From: a virus
Taxonomy: Duplodnaviria > Caudoviricetes
Reading direction: 5' to 3' (one strand)
Length of the DNA stretch: 43,359 nucleotides
IMG/VR virus record: IMGVR_UViG_3300033067_000144
Location: 1-43,359 of that record
A program made the translations under genes and the position numbers. Under the pieces are notes generated by a model. That model did not search any database, was not told where the DNA came from, and worked only from the letters and a program-made list of their open reading frames with translations. This document shows, piece by piece, positions 33,668 through 42,929 of the stretch. How positions within the stretch are numbered: position 1 is the stretch's first letter; each line of letters opens with the position of its first letter.

Positions 33668-36600
33668 TATGCAAGTCCTGTAAATGTGAGGCGAGAGCTG
33701 TAATTACCGTTTGTTTTGATGAACTGCAAAACGTCCGAAGTATTGCCAGAGATTAGCGTGATTGTTGAATCAAGCGTGTAGTCTGCTGTGTCCATTACGT
33801 TACCAGTGGTAGCGGCCAAAAAGTCCACATCACTCGCATACGTAGCCCACCAATTTTTAATGGCGTTGTATAGGCGTTGAACTGACCAGCTAAGAGTACC
33901 AGTTGCCGCGCTAATAACTTTGGTGCTTGTATTGATCGAAATCAAGGCAGCATCAGCCGCGCCAGTGGAGGCGTTTACATAGTTAGCATCTACCACGCCC
34001 GAGAATGTGGTGCTAATAGTGCCAGTTTTTGCCGTTGCCGCTGTGAAGGTTTGGGTTAAATCTTGCCATCCAGCTTGGCGCGTGCTTACTGTCCAATCAA
34101 TCGTGTTGATTACAGTCTTGTCATCCAAGCTATCAACGAATGGCAAAAATCCGTCATTGCTTGCCATGAAGGCTGGATCGCGGTAGAAGTTTGTTTTATC
34201 TACTGTCGATAGCGCGGTCGTGGTAAATGTTTTTGATGGATAGCGCGAAGCCATTGCAGAGGGCTTAATTCGCATTTTTGGAGCGAATCCAGCCTTATCA
34301 ATGACGAAGGATGGTCGGAAACCAATAACGCCATAAAACCCGCTGTTGCCTGTTGGAGTTGAACCAGCCGCCCAGCGGAATAGTCCGCCGGCCTGCATGG
34401 TTGGGTCAACCCAATACCACTTATTAGCAGAGCCAAAAGTGTTTGGAATTGTGGTCAGTGCGCCTGTGTAGGTATAAGTGTCCATCAGCACGTTAGAAGT
34501 GCCGTTACCAAAAATAGCACCGCCGTACTTGAAGCCAACCATCTTGCTGTTGTTGCTGGTGTAGCCCATTTGCCAAACCACGTTCGAGGCCGTGCCGTTC
34601 ACGGTCAGGCCGTTGATCGCGGATTCTGGCTTGAAGTAGGCGTGCACCGCCACCTGCGCGTTGTTCGGGCAGTTCAGAGTCAGCGCCGAGTTGGTGATGT
34701 TCCAAGTGGCGTTGGCTTCACTGTTCGAGAACACCGTGCCAGCTCCGCCGGAAACGATGTTGTACGTCACCGTGCTGTCGCTCATGTTTAGCGTGGAGCC
34801 GCTGCGGAATTCGCTGGTGGTGGCTGTGCCATAGCCGAGGCCAGCGGTCGGGCTGATGGTCAGCGTTGAACCGTTGGTGATGTTGAACGTAGAACCGCTT
34901 TGGAATTGGAACAAATCACCACGGACTGCAGGCGTCCAAACCACATCTTTCTTGTTGATGCTCAGTGAAGCAGTGTTGCCAAATGTCCAAGCGGTTGAAC
35001 TGTTGAATGTTGCGTTATAGCTGCCCATTGTCAAAGCGCCAGCAGTGACGCTCATTTTCCAAGGGCTTGTCAGGCTGTACTTGCCGCCTGCACTTGCCTG
35101 AAAGTCAGCTTGGGCGCTGTTGGCGGTTAATGCTTGGCTATATTGACCAAAGGCATAAACCTCATCCAGCGTATGCGCCGACGATACGGTGTAAACCTTG
35201 TTGGTGTAATCAAGGCTCAATCCAGTAAGTGCAGCGGCTTGTGAAGGCGTGACAGAGCCATAAGCGGGGTCGGTCAACATAAACACTGGCTGCGTATATG
35301 ACGCCGTGTCAATGCTATATGCCACGGACTGCGAAATGTAACCGTTTTTACGGAATTGAGCCGTTTGACTGATAGTGTCAACAATCGTATCGGCGACACG
35401 ATATGAGGCCACGTTAGCGTTCCATGTAAGGTTCAACCCTTGAGACAAAGCGGAATAATCACCAGCTTGCACAGCGTTTGTCAGTGATGTTGAGCCACTC
35501 ACGATTGACAGAGTTACGCCGGTCAAGGCCGCCGCGCTTGAATCCTTGAACTGGAATGACACGGTGCGCGGGAATTGCAGGGTGATGGGGCCACCATAAC
35601 GCTGATACTTTGTTTTAAGGTCGTTCAGCCCCCAACCAGCAGTAGACAAGTTGATGTTTGAATAAATCTCTGACGTGGCGCTGTTAAACCCACCCAAGAA
35701 TTGGGTAGACAACACCTGTGGAGAATAACCATCAAGCGTGTATCCGTTTGGCAGACTGAATTTGTGCTGTGGGCTTGATTGGTAGTTACCAACATACTGA
35801 ATGCCATCAAATGTGGCAAAGTTTGTGCCGTTTGGAGCGCCGATGCCTGCGTTTGTTTTCACCAAGTAGGTGTTTTTCAACGTGCCAAAAGCGGCAGCGA
35901 TACCAGCGTTTGCGCCTGCGCTGTCGGTTTGATAGTCGAGAATCAAGTTCTCAACCGTCATCGTCATGCGTGCAGAGCTGAATGTAGGCGATGCGTTAGA
36001 GCCAGCGATCTGCACTACACGCATGTTGTGCATACGGAAAAGGCCTTGGTTTGTCGTGCCTGAGACGTTCTCAAACATTGACGAACCACCAGCGCCGCCG
36101 TTGTTCCAGTTGTTAGCGTAGAACGTAGGGCCAGCAGTCTTAATGAACTGAGTACCGTTTACCAGATAGCCGCCGCGAAGCTCACCAACAATAGAGCTTT
36201 CTTGGAAACGCCAACGGCCACCAACACCGAACTCCAAAGACCAGTTCAAGAAGTCAAAGACAGCGCCAGAAACAATGTTTGCCCATGTGACAGTCAAAGC
36301 GCCGGGGAAAAACAGCTCACGCTTTGCAATGTTGTCACTCATCACGCCAAAGCCAGCGTCATAAATGTTTTGTGGAGTAGCGTAGTCAGTGCCGCCAGAT
36401 AAGCTAATGGTCAGCGTAGAGCCGTAAACGCTTGAGAAAATAAGCGATTGAGTGCCGCCCACTGTTGCATTTGACGCAGTGCCAGATGCGTTCACCATTG
36501 TTACAGTAGTGCCAGAGATAGCACCAATGCGTGTACCAGCAGGGATGCCAGTTCCTTGAATGTTCGCGCCTAATACCAAGCCTGTGGCGCTTGTCACCGT

Positions 36601-36669
36601 AATGGTATTGCTACCACTTGTAAGGGTACAGTTTTGACCTGTGCCTGTAAGTACTGCGCTAAATGCCAT
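33667..36669 (-). CDS. large beta-rich protein (1000 aa), possible fibre/adhesin
   Basis: Thr/Ser/Gly/Asn-rich; N-terminal TSGSNTITV...GTGIPAGT motif of the kind seen in fibre proteins. Confidence 0.7.
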   Translation of the reverse strand: MAFSAVLTGTGQNCTLTSGSNTITVTSATGLVLGANIQGTGIPAGTRIGAISGTTVTMVNASGTASNATVGGTQSLIFSSVYGSTLTISLSGGTDYATPQNIYDAGFGVMSDNIAKRELFFPGALTVTWANIVSGAVFDFLNWSLEFGVGGRWRFQESSIVGELRGGYLVNGTQFIKTAGPTFYANNWNNGGAGGSSMFENVSGTTNQGLFRMHNMRVVQIAGSNASPTFSSARMTMTVENLILDYQTDSAGANAGIAAAFGTLKNTYLVKTNAGIGAPNGTNFATFDGIQYVGNYQSSPQHKFSLPNGYTLDGYSPQVLSTQFLGGFNSATSEIYSNINLSTAGWGLNDLKTKYQRYGGPITLQFPRTVSFQFKDSSAAALTGVTLSIVSGSTSLTNAVQAGDYSALSQGLNLTWNANVASYRVADTIVDTISQTAQFRKNGYISQSVAYSIDTASYTQPVFMLTDPAYGSVTPSQAAALTGLSLDYTNKVYTVSSAHTLDEVYAFGQYSQALTANSAQADFQASAGGKYSLTSPWKMSVTAGALTMGSYNATFNSSTAWTFGNTASLSINKKDVVWTPAVRGDLFQFQSGSTFNITNGSTLTISPTAGLGYGTATTSEFRSGSTLNMSDSTVTYNIVSGGAGTVFSNSEANATWNITNSALTLNCPNNAQVAVHAYFKPESAINGLTVNGTASNVVWQMGYTSNNSKMVGFKYGGAIFGNGTSNVLMDTYTYTGALTTIPNTFGSANKWYWVDPTMQAGGLFRWAAGSTPTGNSGFYGVIGFRPSFVIDKAGFAPKMRIKPSAMASRYPSKTFTTTALSTVDKTNFYRDPAFMASNDGFLPFVDSLDDKTVINTIDWTVSTRQAGWQDLTQTFTAATAKTGTISTTFSGVVDANYVNASTGAADAALISINTSTKVISAATGTLSWSVQRLYNAIKNWWATYASDVDFLAATTGNVMDTADYTLDSTITLISGNTSDVLQFIKTNGNYSSRLTFTGLA

Positions 36670-36670
36670 G

Positions 36671-37438
36671 TTATGCCTCTGTAATCAATCCGTACACCAA
36701 CGAAGCGCGGTTAGCCCACGCAGTCGCCAATGTGATTGTTGGGTTATTCGTTACACCTGCGTAACGCGCCGTAGTAATGCCGCTTGCTTCTACCAATTTC
36801 ATCAATAACCACGGGTCTGCACTTGTCGCGCCTTGCTTTAGAAGGTAAGTCGTGCCCGTAGTCGTTTCGTCAATGTCTGACAGTTTCAGGTTAGCGTACT
36901 TGCCGATGCGCTTATCAATCTCGGTCAAAATAGCATTGCCAGCCGTAACCAAAGCATCCGAAGCGCTACCCGAGGTGTCGACTTGCAGCGCACCGCTGGG
37001 GCTTACCTTCACATCAACAAATTGATCGTGCGCTTGGCTGAACCCGTGGATGACGGTGTTGGTAATGACGGCCACGTCACCGGCCACCAAATCGGTGCCG
37101 ATGGTCTTGGTGTGCACCTTGGCGTTCAGCGCCTCAAGGTTGCCGCCTGCCTCCAAAGCAAAGTTCGACACCGCCGTGCTGGTGGGTGTGATGGGTGTCA
37201 CGGGTGTGTAGAGTGTCCACTCGGGCAGTTTATAGGCGTTCGGTGTGCCAGTGCCAGTGTCGCGGTAGGCAAACAGCTGGCCGGTGGAGTCCTTGAATAC
37301 CGTGTCTGACAGGCTACCGCCCGCGCCACCACCCGCCGGCAGTCCGGTGCTTGGGTCGATGTTGACCACAGCGGGAACGGCATAAGGCCCCGGTGCATCA
37401 CCGGCGACCCAAAAGAATTTGTTGTTGTGGCCGCTCAT
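36671..37438 (-). CDS. hypothetical protein (255 aa), probably virion-associated
   Basis: ORF tightly packed between the MuF-like gene and the 1000-aa gene; C-terminal AWANRASLVY. Confidence 0.7.
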   Translation of the reverse strand: MSGHNNKFFWVAGDAPGPYAVPAVVNIDPSTGLPAGGGAGGSLSDTVFKDSTGQLFAYRDTGTGTPNAYKLPEWTLYTPVTPITPTSTAVSNFALEAGGNLEALNAKVHTKTIGTDLVAGDVAVITNTVIHGFSQAHDQFVDVKVSPSGALQVDTSGSASDALVTAGNAILTEIDKRIGKYANLKLSDIDETTTGTTYLLKQGATSADPWLLMKLVEASGITTARYAGVTNNPTITLATAWANRASLVYGLITEA

Positions 37439-37441
37439 GAG

Positions 37442-38299
37442 TTAATCCTTGGAAAAATCGAAGACCGGGGACATAACACAGCGGCAGTTGATGGCTTGCC
37501 CAGGTATGCCGCGTTCGCCCGTGCGTTGGTCAATCACGGGGAGATTATCGAAACTATACACCGTCCCGTCCATCTCTTTGTGATCTTTGCGTGGGTGCGC
37601 ACCGCCGCCACTGTGGTGCCACATGAACTTCTTGATGCCGATGGCCTCCATACGGCCACGGTTGATGGCGTTGTAGGTCTTGCGGGTCTGGTCGAGCGCG
37701 ATGTTCTTGGCACGGCGGTGGGTCTGCCCTTCGTATTGTTCAAGGGCTGGCACCAAGTCTTGCAGGCCGTTGCCCGTGGTGATGGAGCGCAACACGGCAC
37801 CCTCGACGTTGCGCAGGTATTCGCTGGCAATCGATTTGATGAGGCTGACGTTCTCGGTCACCGCCGCCTTGGTGATGTTTTGAAGCGGGGCATTGCTCAG
37901 GCTGGTCTTGAGTGACATGCCGCCCGAGAGCTTTTGCAGGCTTGAGTGCAGGTTGGTGGTGCTGGCCTTCTCGGCGTCTTTGACCATGCTTTCAGACAGC
38001 GGCTTGGCCTTCTTGGCAAACAGCGCATTGAATCGGTCGCTGAGTGACGACATGAGAATGCGCGATTGGCTGGCAATGCTGGCGTCTTGCCCGAAGTGCT
38101 GATCGGCTGTGTCGCTGTTGAACAGCTTAAGCACTTCACGCTTGACCTGTGCAGTCATTTGGGCCACGAGCGCAGAGACAGCCGCCACATGCTTGACGCT
38201 GTTGGCGGCGCTGTGCTGAATGACTTCGCCTCGAAAGGTTGGGGCCTCGCTTTGCTTGGCCGCCCACGCCTTACGCTTGTTGGTCAGTTTGATCGTCAT
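37442..38299 (-). CDS. head morphogenesis protein (Mu gpF / SPP1 gp7 family)
   Basis: RAKNIALDQT.K, W..S....PR..H...DG and PGQAINCRC. Confidence 0.9.
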   Translation of the reverse strand: MTIKLTNKRKAWAAKQSEAPTFRGEVIQHSAANSVKHVAAVSALVAQMTAQVKREVLKLFNSDTADQHFGQDASIASQSRILMSSLSDRFNALFAKKAKPLSESMVKDAEKASTTNLHSSLQKLSGGMSLKTSLSNAPLQNITKAAVTENVSLIKSIASEYLRNVEGAVLRSITTGNGLQDLVPALEQYEGQTHRRAKNIALDQTRKTYNAINRGRMEAIGIKKFMWHHSGGGAHPRKDHKEMDGTVYSFDNLPVIDQRTGERGIPGQAINCRCVMSPVFDFSKD

Positions 38300-39809
38300 C
38301 TTGATCTTCTAAAAGTGGTAAGCCATTGTGGCCGCTGTGTTCGTCGGCGCTCACACGGGCGCGGATTTCGTCGCCGCTGATCGCGCCAGCCGTTACCAAG
38401 ACCGCATCAGTATCGGCTTTGACCTTGTTGACGTTGGCGCGTTGTTCGTCGCTCAGGGTCTGCAATGGTTCCCACGTGCAGTCCACGCCAAAGGGTTCAA
38501 TGCCAAAGCGCGGGGCAATGTCTGAGCGAATCAGGCACTGCATGTGGCGATCAATCAAAGGCTCCATGTCGTTGACCTGAATACTCTCAAGCTCCTCGTG
38601 ATAGCTTGATTCTTCATAGTCGCCCGAGGAGTTAAAGCCCTTGGGTGTGGTGCCCAGTAGCTTGGTGGCTGGCATGTTGGCCGCAGCCGCCACGATTTGG
38701 TATTGAGTCATGATGACGGTGTCGAGGTCAGCCAAGCTGGTGTCGTGTTGCTCGACTTGGTCAGCTTCTTTGTCAGCAATCTTCACGCCGAAGTTGTCGC
38801 GGTATGCCGCCCACACTGCCAAGCGTTGTTCAAAGGCTCCTTGGTTGGCAAGGGCCTTGGCCGCGTCAGTGTAGAAGACCATGGCACGCTTGGTCATTGC
38901 GAGGTGCGGTGCTTCGTTGGCGGTGCGCTCGGCGGCGTAGACGCGCTCATAGATCATTTGGGGCACTGACAAACCGCCGTACAGGTAGGACGGTTTGAGA
39001 ATGTCGCCCACCTCAGGGCCACGCATAATGACCAAGTGTGACTTGTGGTGGCGCTTGCCGTTGATGATCCAGTAGGTGGGCTCGTAAAAGTCGATGGCCG
39101 CAGGGTTGCTGGCGTTGGCGCTGGTGAGCTCAGGCACGCACCAGTAGGGGTCGATCTGCGAAATGCCTTTGTAGCTGCCTTGCGTCACGCTGTCGATGTT
39201 GAAGGGCTTGACGTAGTAGTCGGGGTCGTCGCTCTCGACCAAGAACAACGCAATGCGGATGCCGAACACTCGGCCCATCTTGACGTATTCGACCAAGTTC
39301 TTGTCCAGCTTGAAACGCTTGTTGGCCTTGACCATGGCGTCCATGACCTTAGGCTCGACTTCACTGCCATCGTTGACCGTGAATTTGTAGCCCTTGCGCA
39401 CCGCGTCCCGCGCGGGGACCAAACACGCTTTGTTGACCAACCAGTTTTGCGCCAGCAAGGCGCACAGTTGGTAACCGATGAAACCTTGGGAGCCGTACCA
39501 GTTGGCTTGCACCTCAGGGATGCCGACTTGATTCAGGGCAAAGATTGACTTGATGCTGTCTTGGTAGTTGTTCGAGTCGGCGGCAAACTGCATGTGCTCC
39601 ACGCCCGTGGCCTCGTCGAAGGTGCGGGTGTTAGCCACAGTGTTGGCAAAGACCTTATCGCTCAAAGCCTTCAAGCGCTGGTCGCGCGGCACGAAGTCGT
39701 CGACTTCAATGTCGGTCGAGAAAAACGACTGGCGGTCGACGCGCGTGGTGGGCGTCGCGTCTTGCAATTGGGTCGGCGTGGTGAGCCAACGATAAAAACG
39801 AGCGAACAT
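38271..39809 (-). CDS. portal protein (DUF1073-like)
   Basis: Follows TerL; QGFIGYQ, R.FG and P.TKLLGTTPKGFN.SG motifs. Confidence 0.88.
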   Translation of the reverse strand: MFARFYRWLTTPTQLQDATPTTRVDRQSFFSTDIEVDDFVPRDQRLKALSDKVFANTVANTRTFDEATGVEHMQFAADSNNYQDSIKSIFALNQVGIPEVQANWYGSQGFIGYQLCALLAQNWLVNKACLVPARDAVRKGYKFTVNDGSEVEPKVMDAMVKANKRFKLDKNLVEYVKMGRVFGIRIALFLVESDDPDYYVKPFNIDSVTQGSYKGISQIDPYWCVPELTSANASNPAAIDFYEPTYWIINGKRHHKSHLVIMRGPEVGDILKPSYLYGGLSVPQMIYERVYAAERTANEAPHLAMTKRAMVFYTDAAKALANQGAFEQRLAVWAAYRDNFGVKIADKEADQVEQHDTSLADLDTVIMTQYQIVAAAANMPATKLLGTTPKGFNSSGDYEESSYHEELESIQVNDMEPLIDRHMQCLIRSDIAPRFGIEPFGVDCTWEPLQTLSDEQRANVNKVKADTDAVLVTAGAISGDEIRARVSADEHSGHNGLPLLEDQDDDQTDQQA

Positions 39810-39818
39810 GGCGAACCT

Positions 39819-41423
39819 CTACAAATCAAAGAACCCGCGCTTTTTAGGCTCGGATGGCGCAAACGCAATCATAACTGCGTCAGCGAGGTTTGGGGATTTT
39901 GAGCCGTCAGGCTGTTTGTTGATCAAGAGTTTACCCGCCCCGTTCTCGCTGTAGGTGGGCTGGGAGAGTTCAAGGGTCAACTTTGCCAAGTCCGGCAATT
40001 TGCTCGACAGCGAGATCAATTCGTCAGGGTCGGTGACCGGATGCCCTTGCACCACCGCGCGGTATGTGCGCAAGAAGCGCAAACGCAAAGCCCACCAGCC
40101 TTGCGCCTTGGCGTTGGCAAAGTAGTCTTTGTTGGTGCGTTCTTCTTTGTCGCGCGTGGTGTCGTTGTCAACGCTGGGGATCTTGCCGTCAGGGTCAATG
40201 ACCGCAGCCGAGCCGCGAAACGGGGTGACCTCAAGGGTCAGCTTGCCGCGTTCTTGGATGCTTCGGGCGTCACCTTTGACGCCAGCCCCCAAGCCGTCTG
40301 CGTCGTACCTAAAACCTTCGTAATCACTTGTTCCACAAATGCCAATCGCTTTTTCAGTTGTTTGATAAATGTCGGAGCCTTTGCCGCTCCAACCTTCGAT
40401 GTAATCCAGCAGGATGCCGTAGCGACCCGCAAAGGCGTTCAAGTCGGTACCTTCGTCGGCAACGTCGAGTGCGCCCGTGCGCTTGCCGCTTGGTTCAATG
40501 CCTAGTTTGATGTGGGCATCGACTGCAGCTTGAACCCATTCGTTCGGGATGACCACGCCTGATACCGAAGCGGTGTACGAAATGTCGATCTCTTGAGCCA
40601 CGACAACGGGGTCGAGGCGTTCGCATTGCTTGGCGTACCAAGCGTCATCTTTGCGTGGGTCGTCACGCCAATGGAAAGTGAAGATTCTATGCGATGGCCA
40701 TGAGTGGCGTTTGATCGCAAAGGGGTTGTCCATACCCTTGACCGACGACAAGTCAATGCGGCAATTGGTCGTGGCCGACAGGGACGCGTCAATCAGCTGT
40801 GGCCGCTCCAAGTGCGCGGCTTCGTCAACGAAGTAAATGGCCGTGCGGTCACCGCGCCCGATGTTGTCGCCAGCCTCGCCCGTGATGACACTGCCAGCCT
40901 CGGGAAACGTGATGCGCATGTAGGGCGCGTTTTTGTTGATATCCCAGCCGCCTCGAAATTCTCGCGGCAGGTACTGCATGAACACTCGGGCCTTGTAAAA
41001 CAAAGACTTTGGCGCGTCCAGCTTGTCGACGTATTCCTCTTTTCGTGATCCGAAGCCAATTGCCATGCCAGGGTTGAACAGGCAAAGCGTACAGGCCATT
41101 GACACGGCCAGCCATGAGATACCCATGTCACGCGACTTCTCGGTCAAGCCGTCTTCGCTGGTCGCCCACATCTTCGAAGTCCATTCGATCCAATCGGTTT
41201 GACGTGGGAATAGCACGAACGGCACGAGCGCTGGCAATCCGCGCTCCAAGTTGCGGGGGTCGTAGGTCACGCCCCAATCCGTGATGAACTGGGCGGGGTT
41301 GAGTTTGTAGTAGGCCCGAAGCACATGCACAGCGCTGGGGTCTGCCCGAAGCCGCCGCAAGCGTTCAAGGCGTTGCGTGAAGATGGCCGCATAGTCGGGG
41401 TTTCGAAAATCCAATTGCATCAA
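39819..41423 (-). CDS. terL: terminase large subunit
   Basis: Walker A-like EKSRDMG, GRGDR, Walker B FVDEAA; nuclease motifs LDVADEG.D and SPNLADA. Confidence 0.92.
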   Translation of the reverse strand: MMQLDFRNPDYAAIFTQRLERLRRLRADPSAVHVLRAYYKLNPAQFITDWGVTYDPRNLERGLPALVPFVLFPRQTDWIEWTSKMWATSEDGLTEKSRDMGISWLAVSMACTLCLFNPGMAIGFGSRKEEYVDKLDAPKSLFYKARVFMQYLPREFRGGWDINKNAPYMRITFPEAGSVITGEAGDNIGRGDRTAIYFVDEAAHLERPQLIDASLSATTNCRIDLSSVKGMDNPFAIKRHSWPSHRIFTFHWRDDPRKDDAWYAKQCERLDPVVVAQEIDISYTASVSGVVIPNEWVQAAVDAHIKLGIEPSGKRTGALDVADEGTDLNAFAGRYGILLDYIEGWSGKGSDIYQTTEKAIGICGTSDYEGFRYDADGLGAGVKGDARSIQERGKLTLEVTPFRGSAAVIDPDGKIPSVDNDTTRDKEERTNKDYFANAKAQGWWALRLRFLRTYRAVVQGHPVTDPDELISLSSKLPDLAKLTLELSQPTYSENGAGKLLINKQPDGSKSPNLADAVMIAFAPSEPKKRGFFDL

Positions 41424-42157
41424 TTGCCCATGATCTTGGTGTAGAGCGAACCAAGCGCCAGCGGGTCTGTCGGCAAGTCGGCCGGCACCATTTCAGGCAC
41501 CAAAGGTTTACCGTCTTTGCCGGTGAGCTCACGCCGCTCAATGAGCAACCCGAGGTGCTTTGCGATGTTGAGCAATGCGGCATCTTGATCGCGCATCTTG
41601 ATCTCAAGGCCATCTCGGGTGCGCTTCACGCCAGCAAACAGCTTGCGCTCGTTGCCGGTGAGGGTGTTGGTGTCGGCAAAGAAAATGTCTTCGACGCCCT
41701 CACCGTTGCATTCAGGGCAGTCGGGATGAGGGTCGGCGTTAGCCACCCACTCGAAGCCGCCGGAGCAATCGGGCAACGGTTTGCCTTTGGCAATCGCTTC
41801 GTCAGTCGCCTTTGCGTACTCGCCTGCCGACCACTGGTACGCATGGTCGAACCCATGGCAATGACGGCAGTTTAAACGGCGTAGGCGGGTCAGCTTGGCG
41901 GGGTCAGCGGTGGCAATGGCAAACCACTCACGCAACACGTCAGCGGCCTCCACAGTGGCTTCTTTGCTCACTTTTGCCATTTGCTCGTCCAATAAAACCT
42001 GCACCCTTGGATCAGCTAGTAGCCTGATCGCGGTGATATCGGCACCGTTCGGCGAATAGCCAGCGCGGATCGCGGCCTGAGTGCCATTGCGGTCTATGGC
42101 GTACTCCTCCACAAACCGAGGAACACGCTTTGATTTGATTGGGTCGAGCGGTTTCAT
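41420..42157 (-). CDS. terS: terminase small subunit with a Cys-rich insert
   Basis: [21 protein letters not shown] and AL..IAKHLG; CRHCHG...CPECNGEG insert. ATG at 42157. Confidence 0.88.
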   Translation of the reverse strand: MKPLDPIKSKRVPRFVEEYAIDRNGTQAAIRAGYSPNGADITAIRLLADPRVQVLLDEQMAKVSKEATVEAADVLREWFAIATADPAKLTRLRRLNCRHCHGFDHAYQWSAGEYAKATDEAIAKGKPLPDCSGGFEWVANADPHPDCPECNGEGVEDIFFADTNTLTGNERKLFAGVKRTRDGLEIKMRDQDAALLNIAKHLGLLIERRELTGKDGKPLVPEMVPADLPTDPLALGSLYTKIMGN

Positions 42158-42475
42158 ATCGCATAGTTTACACACAATTATAAGATTCCACAAATACCCG
42201 AAGATACCCCACAATACCCGAACGGTTCAGGTGCTCTAAGTTATTGATTTTATTACCTTTTTCTCTATTTACCTCTTTACCTCTCTTTTAACTATTAAAA
42301 ATGGGAATATATAAAGAAGATATGTATATAATACGCATAGTATGGTTTTATATATTAAATCCTAAGTGAATAGGGGAACGCTCGGGTGGGTAGGGTATTC
42401 GGGTAAAAATTTATATGAATCTATAAGTTTTCGTGCTAAACTTGATACATCTTTATATTTTTAAGAGGTTAGGAT
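42158..42475. promoter_or_regulatory. AT-rich divergent control region, candidate replication origin
   Basis: The only long non-coding region; very AT-rich; flanked by inverted TACCC(GAA) repeats. Confidence 0.55.
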
Positions 42476-42874
42476 ATGGAAATCAAAACACGCAAGCAAG
42501 CGTCTGCTGATGGTGACCACAAATATTTCACGGGGAAATCTTGTACGAACGATCATCTTGGGCCACGCTATACAGCTTCGGGAATTTGCTGCAAATGCAA
42601 TTCTGAGAACGTCAAAAAGTACAACGCGAAGATGCGAACGGGAGTTCAGGCCAAACAACGGGGGCTTTTCACACGCGAAATTCATCCCGACGATCACGCT
42701 GCCGTGCATGCTTATTGCGACGCACTCGACCTGCAACGTGGACGCCTTCCCCAGTCGCCGGTGAACACTGTGTCCAACGAAGTCGCATCGGCAATCGCCC
42801 AAACTCGCGCTGCGCTGGTCAAGCCGTTGGTGAGCAACACAGCATCACACATACCCCAAGAATTTAAATATTGA
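42476..42874 (+). CDS. hypothetical protein with an N-terminal Cys/His motif
   Basis: YFTGKSCTNDH...RY..SG.C.KC; GAGG/AGGA RBS-like sequence upstream. Confidence 0.7.
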   Translation: MEIKTRKQASADGDHKYFTGKSCTNDHLGPRYTASGICCKCNSENVKKYNAKMRTGVQAKQRGLFTREIHPDDHAAVHAYCDALDLQRGRLPQSPVNTVSNEVASAIAQTRAALVKPLVSNTASHIPQEFKY

Positions 42875-42922
42875 CCGTTTAGAAAAGTGTGACATAATGC
42901 AACCCTCAACAACCGAAAAGGA
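42871..42922 (+). promoter_or_regulatory. promoter/RBS cassette, copy 2
   Basis: TTGACC-N16-CATAAT...AAGGA; 44/52 identical to 5514-5565. Confidence 0.72.
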
Positions 42923-42929
42923 TCATGCA

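Noticed and set aside
36083-36112. Short TR-like sequence (CAACTGGAACAACG) in the 1000-aa gene as a second VR
   Set aside because: Only 14 bp match before a gap, the adenines are unchanged, it is far from the gene's 3' end, and there is no IMH or hairpin. Shared NWNN coding explains it.
42476-42874. HNH homing endonuclease
   Set aside because: Only the N-terminal YFTG..C..H Cys/His motif is present; I see no HNH catalytic motif.
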